Shown: positions 57,136 through 64,000 of the stretch, piece after piece
Layout: each line of letters opens with the position of its first letter
How positions within the stretch are numbered: position 1 is the first letter of the stretch
From: an uncultured virus (IMG/VR IMGVR_UViG_3300030109_004543)
Taxonomy: Duplodnaviria; Heunggongvirae; Uroviricota; Caudoviricetes
Direction: 5' to 3' (one strand)
Length of the DNA stretch: 64,000 bases
Virus record (IMG/VR): IMGVR_UViG_3300030109_004543
Program-made: the position numbers and the translations under genes
Notes under the pieces: model-generated
What the model was told of the DNA's origin: nothing
Database searches by the model: none
Seen by the model: only the letters and a program-made list of their open reading frames with translations

Positions 57136-57266
57136 AAAAATGGAAAGCATCGTTATTAGCTACAGCAGTAGCAGGGACAACTATATTAGCAATAATAGGA
57201 TACCGAGAAGTACTTAATAGTATAGTTAACGGAATAACATTAGATTCATTAACAACAAATGAATAA
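57132..57266 (+). CDS. Small single-TM protein, 44 aa
   Basis: AAGGAG RBS; MKKWKASLLATAVAGTTILAIIGY... Confidence 0.6.
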   Translation: MKKWKASLLATAVAGTTILAIIGYREVLNSIVNGITLDSLTTNE

Positions 57267-57291
57267 AAGAAACACAGGAAAGAGATCAAAG

Positions 57292-57441
57292 ATGTCACCT
57301 TTTAAACCTCAAATTTTTGTAGCCTTAATATTACTGTCCATACTTGGTGGAGCAGGACTTTACTTTGGTCATATAGAAGTTACTACAGGTTGTACAGGTG
57401 GTGTAATTGCTCTATCAATGAAACTTTTAGAAAATGAATAA
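57292..57441 (+). CDS. Small two-TM protein (holin-like candidate)
   Basis: KPQIFVALILLSILGG...TGCTGGVIALSMKLLE. Confidence 0.6.
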   Translation: MSPFKPQIFVALILLSILGGAGLYFGHIEVTTGCTGGVIALSMKLLENE

Positions 57442-57451
57442 CGGAGGCATT

Positions 57452-57697
57452 ATGAATTTACCTTTACTCCCCTTTAGAATGGTTATACTTATCGTTACTG
57501 CGATTATCGGAGCTTTTGTCGGTGGTATAATTAGTGCTTTAAGACTTTTAATTAAATGTTCTTTCGATGGTAAAATAACTAAGAAAGAGCAGGAACAGGT
57601 GGAAAAGATCACTTGGGCTGCGACATGGAAATCTATGGGAGCAATTCCAATGATAACTGTATGTAGTGATTGTGGTGATGGTTGTACCTGTAAATAA
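57452..57697 (+). CDS. Membrane protein with DGKITKKE motif and Cys-rich tail
   Basis: ATG after GGAGG; TM helix; CSDCGDGCTC. Confidence 0.6.
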   Translation: MNLPLLPFRMVILIVTAIIGAFVGGIISALRLLIKCSFDGKITKKEQEQVEKITWAATWKSMGAIPMITVCSDCGDGCTCK

Positions 57698-57716
57698 TTA
57701 ATATTTAAATAAGATG

Positions 57717-57759
57717 AAAATTCCCTTTGGCTTTCTTACAAGTTGAAGGGAATTTTTTT
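57717..57759 (+). terminator. Intrinsic terminator ending the late head region
   Basis: aaaattccctttggctt / aagttgaagggaatttt stem ending in a T run. Confidence 0.8.
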
Positions 57760-57764
57760 ATGTA

Positions 57765-57794
57765 TTGACAAAGCTAGATTGATTCAGATATAAT
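57765..57794 (+). promoter_or_regulatory. Sigma70-type promoter TTGACA-18-TATAAT
   Basis: Directly after the terminator, upstream of the mom-like operon. Confidence 0.7.
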
Positions 57795-57886
57795 GTTTTT
57801 ATTACAAATTTAGTTTGGGAGAACTTAATGGGAAATTTAACACCACTATGGTGTTTACTTATATTAGCAACAATAGGATATTACTT

Positions 57887-58156
57887 GTGAGTAAATACGA
57901 AGACGAAATAAACGAGATACTAAATAGACAATATACTGTTAGTGAACTAAAAGAAAGGTTAGTTAAAACTAGAGAGTTATTGGCTATGGCAAATCAATGT
58001 GATAGAGGACAGGTTTTAAAAAGACATTTAAAACTATGTGAAACTCTATTAAGTTCTATTAGATGTCATGATTGTGTGAGGGAATTCGGAGATTCGATTA
58101 AGGAACTTAAGGAACTTTATGAGTATGAGAGTGACGATAATAAAGGTTATGTATGA
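57887..58156 (+). CDS. Hypothetical protein
   Basis: Probable GTG start 57887 within ORF 57815..58156. Confidence 0.55.
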   Translation: MSKYEDEINEILNRQYTVSELKERLVKTRELLAMANQCDRGQVLKRHLKLCETLLSSIRCHDCVREFGDSIKELKELYEYESDDNKGYV

Positions 58157-58755
58157 GTAAAGAAAACTTCAGCATAGATTTAATTACTAAACATGAAGCC
58201 TCAGAAGTATTAAGTAAGTTTCATTACTTAACATCTTTAAGCAGAGGTTTTAAATCAGGAATTAATTTTGGTTTATTTGATGAAGAAGGGTCGTTAAGGG
58301 GAGTCTGTATTTTTACAGGCTTTCCTGTACCTGAATTATCAAAAGGATTGTTTGGATTAGACAGGGAAGACCAAGAAGGTCTTTACGAGTTAAGCAGATT
58401 ATGTATGCATCCTAAAACACAGGAAGAGGAATATAATATTACTTCTTGGTTTGTAGCTAGATGTATAAAGGAATTAAAGAAGCAGGGAAAAGTAAGGGCT
58501 TTATTAAGTTATGCTGATACTGATTATCATAGTGGTATAATATATAGAGCTTTAAGTTTCGATTACTATGGGCTTACTGCCCCTAAGAAAGACTTTTATA
58601 TTAAAACATCTGAAGGAAGTTATCTAAAACATTCTAGGGGTAAGGTAAAAGGGTTAGAAGGAGAGTGGAGAGATAGGACAAGGAAACATAGATATTTAAA
58701 AGTATTTGATAAAAAATTAAAACCTAAGTGGGAGAAAATAAAATGGCAAATGTAA
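58153..58755 (+). CDS. mom: Mom-like DNA modification protein (GNAT fold)
   Basis: HYL, FGLF, ELSRL, LLSYAD...H.G.IYRA..F.Y.G, KHRY. Confidence 0.8.
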   Translation: MSKENFSIDLITKHEASEVLSKFHYLTSLSRGFKSGINFGLFDEEGSLRGVCIFTGFPVPELSKGLFGLDREDQEGLYELSRLCMHPKTQEEEYNITSWFVARCIKELKKQGKVRALLSYADTDYHSGIIYRALSFDYYGLTAPKKDFYIKTSEGSYLKHSRGKVKGLEGEWRDRTRKHRYLKVFDKKLKPKWEKIKWQM

Positions 58756-58904
58756 TGCAATATATGATTCAAAGACACGAAGAATATACAGCGAGAGTAG
58801 ACGAATTAGAGAAAAGATTACATGCTGTAGAGGAAAAAGTGGCTCAAATACAGTATAATATAGAAAGACTAGATGAGTTTTTACGAATAAAATTATCAGA
58901 TTAG
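58743..58904 (+). CDS. Small coiled-coil protein, 53 aa
   Basis: Hand-translated, GGAG RBS. Confidence 0.55.
   Translation: MANVMQYMIQRHEEYTARVDELEKRLHAVEEKVAQIQYNIERLDEFLRIKLSD
58852..58860 (+). promoter_or_regulatory. AGTATAATA motif
   Basis: 53 nt upstream of ORF 58913. Confidence 0.45.
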
Positions 58905-58912
58905 GAGTATTT

Positions 58913-59068
58913 ATGTATTCATTCTACGACAAATTTAAGGAATTGATAGGAGAAACTGTGTTCTTTAACAAAGCTTCTATCTCAAGACCCCCAACTGCTC
59001 ATGAAATCTACAAGAGATTTAACATAGAAGCTGAAGTCACGGAAGAAGACGAAGAAGATGATGAGTAA
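58913..59068 (+). CDS. Small protein with acidic tail, 51 aa
   Basis: AGGAG RBS; MYSFYDKFKELIGETVFFNKAS... Confidence 0.6.
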   Translation: MYSFYDKFKELIGETVFFNKASISRPPTAHEIYKRFNIEAEVTEEDEEDDE

Positions 59069-59183
59069 TTGGAAGAATAGAGATAAGAAAGTAGGGAAAA
59101 GAAAAGCTTATACCTTCAAAGCACATAAGAAGACTACCCCACAAGCAAAGAAAAACAAGACTTCTATAGGAAGACGAGTTTAA
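59061..59183 (+). CDS. Small basic protein, 40 aa
   Basis: Hand-translated, overlaps previous stop. Confidence 0.45.
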   Translation: MSNWKNRDKKVGKRKAYTFKAHKKTTPQAKKNKTSIGRRV

Positions 59184-59184
59184 A

Positions 59185-59352
59185 ATGAGTGGCTTCTCTT
59201 GGGCAAAATTTATTAAAAGTGGTTTTCCCCTACTCTGTTTAATTTCTAATTGTAAGAAATGGGAATTAGAAGTATGGGAAAGCAGGACTTCGTATCAAAA
59301 TACTTTGATAAGATGTACCAAATGTAATAGAATTATAGGTAAGATTAGGTAA
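59185..59352 (+). CDS. Small zinc-binding-like protein, 55 aa
   Basis: CLISNC...CTKC. Confidence 0.45.
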   Translation: MSGFSWAKFIKSGFPLLCLISNCKKWELEVWESRTSYQNTLIRCTKCNRIIGKIR

Positions 59353-59356
59353 GAAA

Positions 59357-59602
59357 ATGGATTTAATTGTAATATTTATGGGGCTTAATCTCTTGATTAA
59401 CCTCATTGCAGTACTTGTTTTAGGGTGGATTAATTTCAGAATCTACTTCATTTCCCAAGATATTTTAAAAGTTAGTGTTGACCTTTTAAATGAAACTGTT
59501 ATAATTAAAAAAGATACAAAGCATATTAAAGGTGAAACAATTTTAATAAAAGATGAAACTGTTGATATGCATAAAACGATAGGAAAGGATATAGATGTTT
59601 AA
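59357..59602 (+). CDS. TM plus coiled-coil protein
   Basis: Hydrophobic N-terminus, 81 aa. Confidence 0.6.
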   Translation: MDLIVIFMGLNLLINLIAVLVLGWINFRIYFISQDILKVSVDLLNETVIIKKDTKHIKGETILIKDETVDMHKTIGKDIDV

Positions 59603-59720
59603 AATAAAAAATACTTTTTGGTACAGAAGATTATTTTTAGGATTATTAGGAAGTATGCTTTCTATAGTATTTGGTTTAGGATTTATGATAGGATTTATAT
59701 TAGGAGCAGTATATGGGTAA
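59595..59720 (+). CDS. Small membrane protein, 41 aa
   Basis: Hand-translated, AAGGA RBS. Confidence 0.5.
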   Translation: MFKIKNTFWYRRLFLGLLGSMLSIVFGLGFMIGFILGAVYG

Positions 59721-59937
59721 AATAAGGATAACGAAGGAACATGCTGACAGGACTTCTCAACATATGGGGTTGATAGGGACAGTAATAAGAGAAGGAATAG
59801 AGGAAGAGGGACTTGCATATTTAAAGTCAGCAGGGGGAAAGATGTGGTGTAATTTAACAGGGGTTAACTCAGAAAATCTAATGAGAGTAATTATAGGAAA
59901 ATCCAACAGGAAATTTGATCCTAATGCCCTTATATAA
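59713..59937 (+). CDS. Hypothetical protein
   Basis: AGGAG RBS, 74 aa. Confidence 0.6.
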   Translation: MGKIRITKEHADRTSQHMGLIGTVIREGIEEEGLAYLKSAGGKMWCNLTGVNSENLMRVIIGKSNRKFDPNALI

Positions 59938-60250
59938 AGTATGTGTAAATAAAATTATAGTAGATACTTATGTGATAAAAGCAGAAGATGAGAATCATGC
60001 ATTCAGTCGTGTTAGAGAAGGGAAAGCATTTGTTTCTGATTCAACTAAATTAGATGGAGATGGGATAGAAGTTATCGAGATAAATCAAGAAGATGCAGAC
60101 AGGTGGTTTGACACGAACAAGGAAGATAGTGTATACTTTGAATTGACTGATGGAGTGTGGGTAGCGAATATTTATAAAAAAGAAATGGATAAAGACCATG
60201 CAGAAAAGTGGGGGAAAAATGAAGAAACTTTCAAACAAGATGATTCCTAA
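59924..60250 (+). CDS. Hypothetical protein
   Basis: ATG 59924 in ORF 59915..60250. Confidence 0.6.
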   Translation: MPLYKVCVNKIIVDTYVIKAEDENHAFSRVREGKAFVSDSTKLDGDGIEVIEINQEDADRWFDTNKEDSVYFELTDGVWVANIYKKEMDKDHAEKWGKNEETFKQDDS

Positions 60251-60362
60251 TTGGATAAAGAGGAAAAGGAAACAAAGGAAGCAAAAGGATTATGCTATGA
60301 GAACATTCCTTATAGTAGCCTTTCTTATTATACTTTTAGGGGCATACGATAACTGTACTGAT

Positions 60363-60391
60363 TTGATTCTTAGATGATTTCGTGGTATAAT
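60363..60391 (+). promoter_or_regulatory. Sigma70-type promoter TTGATT-17-TATAAT with extended TG
   Basis: 18 nt upstream of ATG 60409. Confidence 0.65.
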
Positions 60392-60408
60392 AGTATACAG
60401 AGGTACTT

Positions 60409-60993
60409 ATGAAACCAACAAAAATAGTTAAAGAATTAGATAAAGAACAAGGTATAACATACACAGTTACAATAACGGATTATCATAAATCCCCAAATAA
60501 CCCTGTTGTGCCTTATGACACAGATGTAGAAGTAATTACATATAAAAGAAAGAATACTCCTAAAGACTATCATGCTTGGGTCAAGAGATATTATAAACAA
60601 TATGAAGATAGAAAGGATTGGTACTACACTCGTAAATATCCTAAACTTGTTTATAAAGGTCAAAGAGTAAAAGGAGTATCTAAAAAGATTACAAGATATT
60701 TAAAAGAGAAGAAAGCTTTTTGGCTAACTGTTGTAGAAAAGAATAAAATAGAATATAGATGGTGGATTGATTCTTTTGGACATATATGTCAAGTAGATAC
60801 AGACCAAAAATTTTTAGGTGTAGGCATTCTTGGATATAGATATAAAGGTCAAATCCATTTAACTCAAGTATTAGATTTATTTACAACTACCGAAGGTACT
60901 AAAGTATCTATGGAAAAAATATTAAAACTTCTTAAACCTATTAAAAGTGAGCCTGTAAAAAGGAGAAGAAGTATTTCAAGGGGGAGAATATAA
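60409..60993 (+). CDS. Basic hypothetical protein
   Basis: 194 aa, GAGGT RBS. Confidence 0.7.
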   Translation: MKPTKIVKELDKEQGITYTVTITDYHKSPNNPVVPYDTDVEVITYKRKNTPKDYHAWVKRYYKQYEDRKDWYYTRKYPKLVYKGQRVKGVSKKITRYLKEKKAFWLTVVEKNKIEYRWWIDSFGHICQVDTDQKFLGVGILGYRYKGQIHLTQVLDLFTTTEGTKVSMEKILKLLKPIKSEPVKRRRSISRGRI

Positions 60994-61487
60994 TGAAATT
61001 TACAAATTTTGATCACAATGGATTCATAGAAATTGATATAGATAAACAGTTAGAGGACAATTTCGTAAAGCTTAAAATGGCTAATAGTGTAGAAGTCTTA
61101 CACCCTTTAGCAAAATTAGTATTCGATTTAGAAGTATTATTAAATTATATTATTTTTAGAGTTATGAATAATAAAACCAATGAGATGTTCTTTGTATCTA
61201 ATCAGATAGCTAATATACTCGCCTACATTGGATTCTCTCAGTTTGATGAATTAAAACCACAACTTGATAGAATAGAAAAAGGAAACATAGAAAACAAGAA
61301 TGAAGATATTTATGGAGAATACATTGGAGATTCTATACAAAGACTTTTAGGTATAGTACAAAGTTTTGAAGTAATCGATATAAAGGATTCAGAGAATACA
61401 GGTTTGACAGATGGGAAAATGAATGATAAGCTTAAAAATAAATGGGATACATTGTTAAAGGATATAATAGATGATAACCAAGAATAA
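60993..61487 (+). CDS. Hypothetical protein
   Basis: 164 aa, TAATG coupling. Confidence 0.7.
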   Translation: MKFTNFDHNGFIEIDIDKQLEDNFVKLKMANSVEVLHPLAKLVFDLEVLLNYIIFRVMNNKTNEMFFVSNQIANILAYIGFSQFDELKPQLDRIEKGNIENKNEDIYGEYIGDSIQRLLGIVQSFEVIDIKDSENTGLTDGKMNDKLKNKWDTLLKDIIDDNQE

Positions 61488-61878
61488 GAAAAGAGCAGAA
61501 AAGTTTGTAAATAATAATCTTCAGAGAAACCAATATCAAGGACATATCTCTTGGTGTATGGATTCAAAATGCTATGGAGTAAACTTCTTCTCTATTAAAT
61601 CTTATGACACTAAATGGATTAGTAGAATATTAAATGACCCTACTTTACAATATTCTTGTAGGTGGTGTGGGACAAAAGGACAGTTTAACTCTGTAATGTT
61701 TATGAATGGAGAACTTAATGCCAAGTTTTATAGAGAACTTAGAGAGGGGCAGATAGACAGATGTGTTACTTATATAAGTGGATTTCTATGGAAAATAGGA
61801 AACAAAGTTAGGAAAGAAAGTTTGAAAGAACTAATGAAGGAACTCTTAATTCATGAGGAGAGATTTGATGAAGATTAA
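61471..61878 (+). CDS. Hypothetical protein with Cys pairs
   Basis: CMDSKC, CRWC. Confidence 0.65.
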   Translation: MITKNKKRAEKFVNNNLQRNQYQGHISWCMDSKCYGVNFFSIKSYDTKWISRILNDPTLQYSCRWCGTKGQFNSVMFMNGELNAKFYRELREGQIDRCVTYISGFLWKIGNKVRKESLKELMKELLIHEERFDED

Positions 61879-62176
61879 AGATACTTGGGAAGATAGGAAT
61901 AGTTTTGACCAAGCTTTCTATTCATTAGCTGATGATTGGTCTAAGTATATGATTAGATGTGATCAGCTAGATGTAAAGGGTACAGACGATTCTAAAGATG
62001 ATGAAATTAACTATGGATTATTAGAGAATATAGTTTTCTATGTTTTAGGTACTTGGTTTCATGATGAAGGTCAACTTCATATAGATTTAGAGCATTGTTA
62101 TAAAACCGAGTGGGAAACCAAACTAGAAGAAGCCTTACATAAGTTTGAAGACTTAAGGAAAGGATATGACGAATAA
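61868..62176 (+). CDS. Acidic hypothetical protein
   Basis: ATG 61868 after GAGGAG. Confidence 0.65.
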   Translation: MKIKDTWEDRNSFDQAFYSLADDWSKYMIRCDQLDVKGTDDSKDDEINYGLLENIVFYVLGTWFHDEGQLHIDLEHCYKTEWETKLEEALHKFEDLRKGYDE

Positions 62177-62265
62177 TTTTAATCAACAACATTGTTCAGA
62201 TAAGAATTGTACTTTAACTAAGGAACAATTTGAACAATTACAAAAATATATAGGGAGTTTGGAAT

Positions 62266-62652
62266 ATGGACAAAACAGATTCTACGAAACCGAATATGAA
62301 GAAGCAAACGAAGAAGCAAGAAGAGAAGCCGAAGATTATAATTGAAAAGCTTGAGATAGAAGCTAAAGATTTACCTAAAGAGTTACCGAAAAAAACTGAG
62401 GTAAAAAAGGAAGAGGTACTGAAGCAAGGGGAAGCTAAATGTGATAGATGTAAGATGACCTTTGAAGAAAGACTTGCTTATAAAGTAGAGATGTCAGATA
62501 ATCTTCAATGGGGAGAGTATCAAGACAACGACAAAAACCTTACTGTATCTAATGCTATGAAAGAATTGGGATTTTACATAATCTGTGATACCTGCTATAA
62601 TACTTCTATTGATGGTAGTACAGGTAGCATAAGTCGTGAATGGTTTGAATAA
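62266..62652 (+). CDS. Hypothetical protein with two CxxC
   Basis: CDRC, CDTC; GGGAG RBS. Confidence 0.65.
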   Translation: MDKTDSTKPNMKKQTKKQEEKPKIIIEKLEIEAKDLPKELPKKTEVKKEEVLKQGEAKCDRCKMTFEERLAYKVEMSDNLQWGEYQDNDKNLTVSNAMKELGFYIICDTCYNTSIDGSTGSISREWFE

Positions 62653-62663
62653 TGAAGGGGTTT

Positions 62664-62692
62664 TTGACAAAATTAAAAAAATGGTTTAAACT
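62664..62692 (+). promoter_or_regulatory. Sigma70-type promoter TTGACA-17-TAAACT
   Basis: Upstream of gene 62746. Confidence 0.5.
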
Positions 62693-62745
62693 GTATGCAA
62701 AGAAATTTAAAAATATTTATTACACAATAGATTGGGAGAATTGAA

Positions 62746-63354
62746 ATGGCATGGAATAAGTTTCCAAAACAATTACAGATGTTTGGATTTCCGAAAGAAG
62801 TACAATTAGATTATGTTTTAAGAAAAGATGTAATCCTTGAAAAGCTAATTGATTTAGATATTCGAGATGAACAAACATATAATAATCAAGACTTTTATTT
62901 AGGTAGTGAGCAAAGACTTAAATATTTATTGATTACAACTGAAACTTTTTATTGGTCGCATGATGAGGAAGAAGATAATAAATACTATGATTGTATTAAT
63001 CTAGCTACCTTAGAAGTTAATAACTTTGATTTAGCTAAAGAACTTCTATTCATGGATTCAGTAGATTTATATCATTATGTAGAGATAGAAAAAAGTTATG
63101 AGTGGATAGGGGAAGACTACGAACATATAACAGACTATATAGATTTTGTTGAATACAGGCAAGATAAATACAGGTGGTTAAACCAATCTGAAAATTGGGA
63201 TAGCGATAAAATGAATATAGAAAGAGTAACCCTTAAAGAATTACTTGCAAGGTATAGACCACTAGAACATAGATATACAATGTCTGATGTTGCTATGGAT
63301 AGAATGGAAAAGGAATTAGTAGCACAGAACAGGGGGTATTATGCCCTTACCTAG
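62746..63354 (+). CDS. Acidic hypothetical protein
   Basis: 202 aa, GGGAG RBS. Confidence 0.7.
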   Translation: MAWNKFPKQLQMFGFPKEVQLDYVLRKDVILEKLIDLDIRDEQTYNNQDFYLGSEQRLKYLLITTETFYWSHDEEEDNKYYDCINLATLEVNNFDLAKELLFMDSVDLYHYVEIEKSYEWIGEDYEHITDYIDFVEYRQDKYRWLNQSENWDSDKMNIERVTLKELLARYRPLEHRYTMSDVAMDRMEKELVAQNRGYYALT

Positions 63355-63586
63355 AAGAGTAGAACAAGCAAGTAAAGAAAAGGTTATACAGGTTAGTCAG
63401 CAAATACTATTTGACACACTTAATGATATTAAGGTACAATTAGATTCGATTGATGATAAAGTATGGGAAGATATTGAAAAGGAACTTAATACTATAGAAG
63501 AACTTATTTCAAACCATGAACATATAGATTTAGAATATATGATTGATAATCAACTTAGATTAGAAGGAACAGGATTAAAAACATGA
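63341..63586 (+). CDS. Hypothetical protein
   Basis: 81 aa, overlaps both neighbours. Confidence 0.6.
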   Translation: MPLPRRVEQASKEKVIQVSQQILFDTLNDIKVQLDSIDDKVWEDIEKELNTIEELISNHEHIDLEYMIDNQLRLEGTGLKT

Positions 63587-63915
63587 GTAAAGATTTTAGC
63601 GAATACATAGATGATTATTGTGAAGATACTTATGGTCATACAAATTGGGCATACTTAGACACATTAACCAAAGAAGAACTAGAAGCTAACAAAGACAAAG
63701 GCGATATAGATAAACTTAATAATCTATTCTTTTATTATGAAGATGATAGTAACAATCTACAGATAGAAGCTATGTTAGAATCTAATGAATACATTGATGA
63801 ATATGGAAGGTTATTAAATGAATATGGTCATGTAGTAACTGACTTAAATGGGGAAGCTATTTATGTTGATGATGACAAGATGGAATATTATACAGTAAAA
63901 GAATATGAGGTTTAG
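63583..63915 (+). CDS. Acidic hypothetical protein
   Basis: 110 aa, ATGA coupling. Confidence 0.65.
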   Translation: MSKDFSEYIDDYCEDTYGHTNWAYLDTLTKEELEANKDKGDIDKLNNLFFYYEDDSNNLQIEAMLESNEYIDEYGRLLNEYGHVVTDLNGEAIYVDDDKMEYYTVKEYEV

Positions 63916-63916
63916 T

Positions 63917-64000
63917 ATGGATAAGGCAGAGTTATTTTTAAATGAATTAGAATCATTATTAGGTCGTTACTTTGATACAGATTGGAACTACGATTTTGAT
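63917..64000 (+). CDS. Partial hypothetical protein running off the right edge
   Basis: ATG 63917 after GAGG, open to window end. Confidence 0.5.
   Translation, partial: MDKAELFLNELESLLGRYFDTDWNYDFD

Noticed and set aside
3851..62192. Many minus-strand and nested out-of-frame ORFs of 60-197 aa
   Set aside because: Antisense or frame shadows of long plus-strand genes, with no RBS or motifs
1..64000. Prophage, lysogeny module or alternative genetic code
   Set aside because: No integrase, repressor or host genes seen; core genes are intact under the standard code and TAA, TAG and TGA all act as stops

Overview
AT-rich tailed dsDNA phage genome segment (Caudoviricetes, siphovirus-like HK97 head plus non-contractile tail). 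I saw no integrase, repressor, tRNA, rRNA or CRISPR array. Layout: 1-1.05 kb small leftward genes under sigma70-type promoters; 1.4-12.4 kb membrane, nuclease and highly charged proteins (including a PAP2-domain giant) and an AT-rich iteron/inverted-repeat element; 12.4-29.9 kb fibre, neck and tail genes with a -1 frameshifted tail chaperone and a short tape measure; 29.9-40.8 kb sigma factor, DnaB, primase, PolA, RecA, nucleases and RuvC; 40.8-57.7 kb terminase, class II RNR, portal, scaffold, capsid, decoration proteins and a downstream prohead protease; 57.8-64 kb small genes including a Mom-like DNA modification gene. Main observations: apparent absence of CCAG[A/G/T] while CCAGC is common; an AGTATAATA motif upstream of about 12 genes that may be the regulon of the phage sigma; hydrophobic-x-Lys motifs suggesting protease-processed capsid cargo (basic peptides and a PAP2 phosphatase); a self-nested beta domain spread across virion proteins; a candidate origin at 5.35-5.49 kb. 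All calls are by eye with no database searches.
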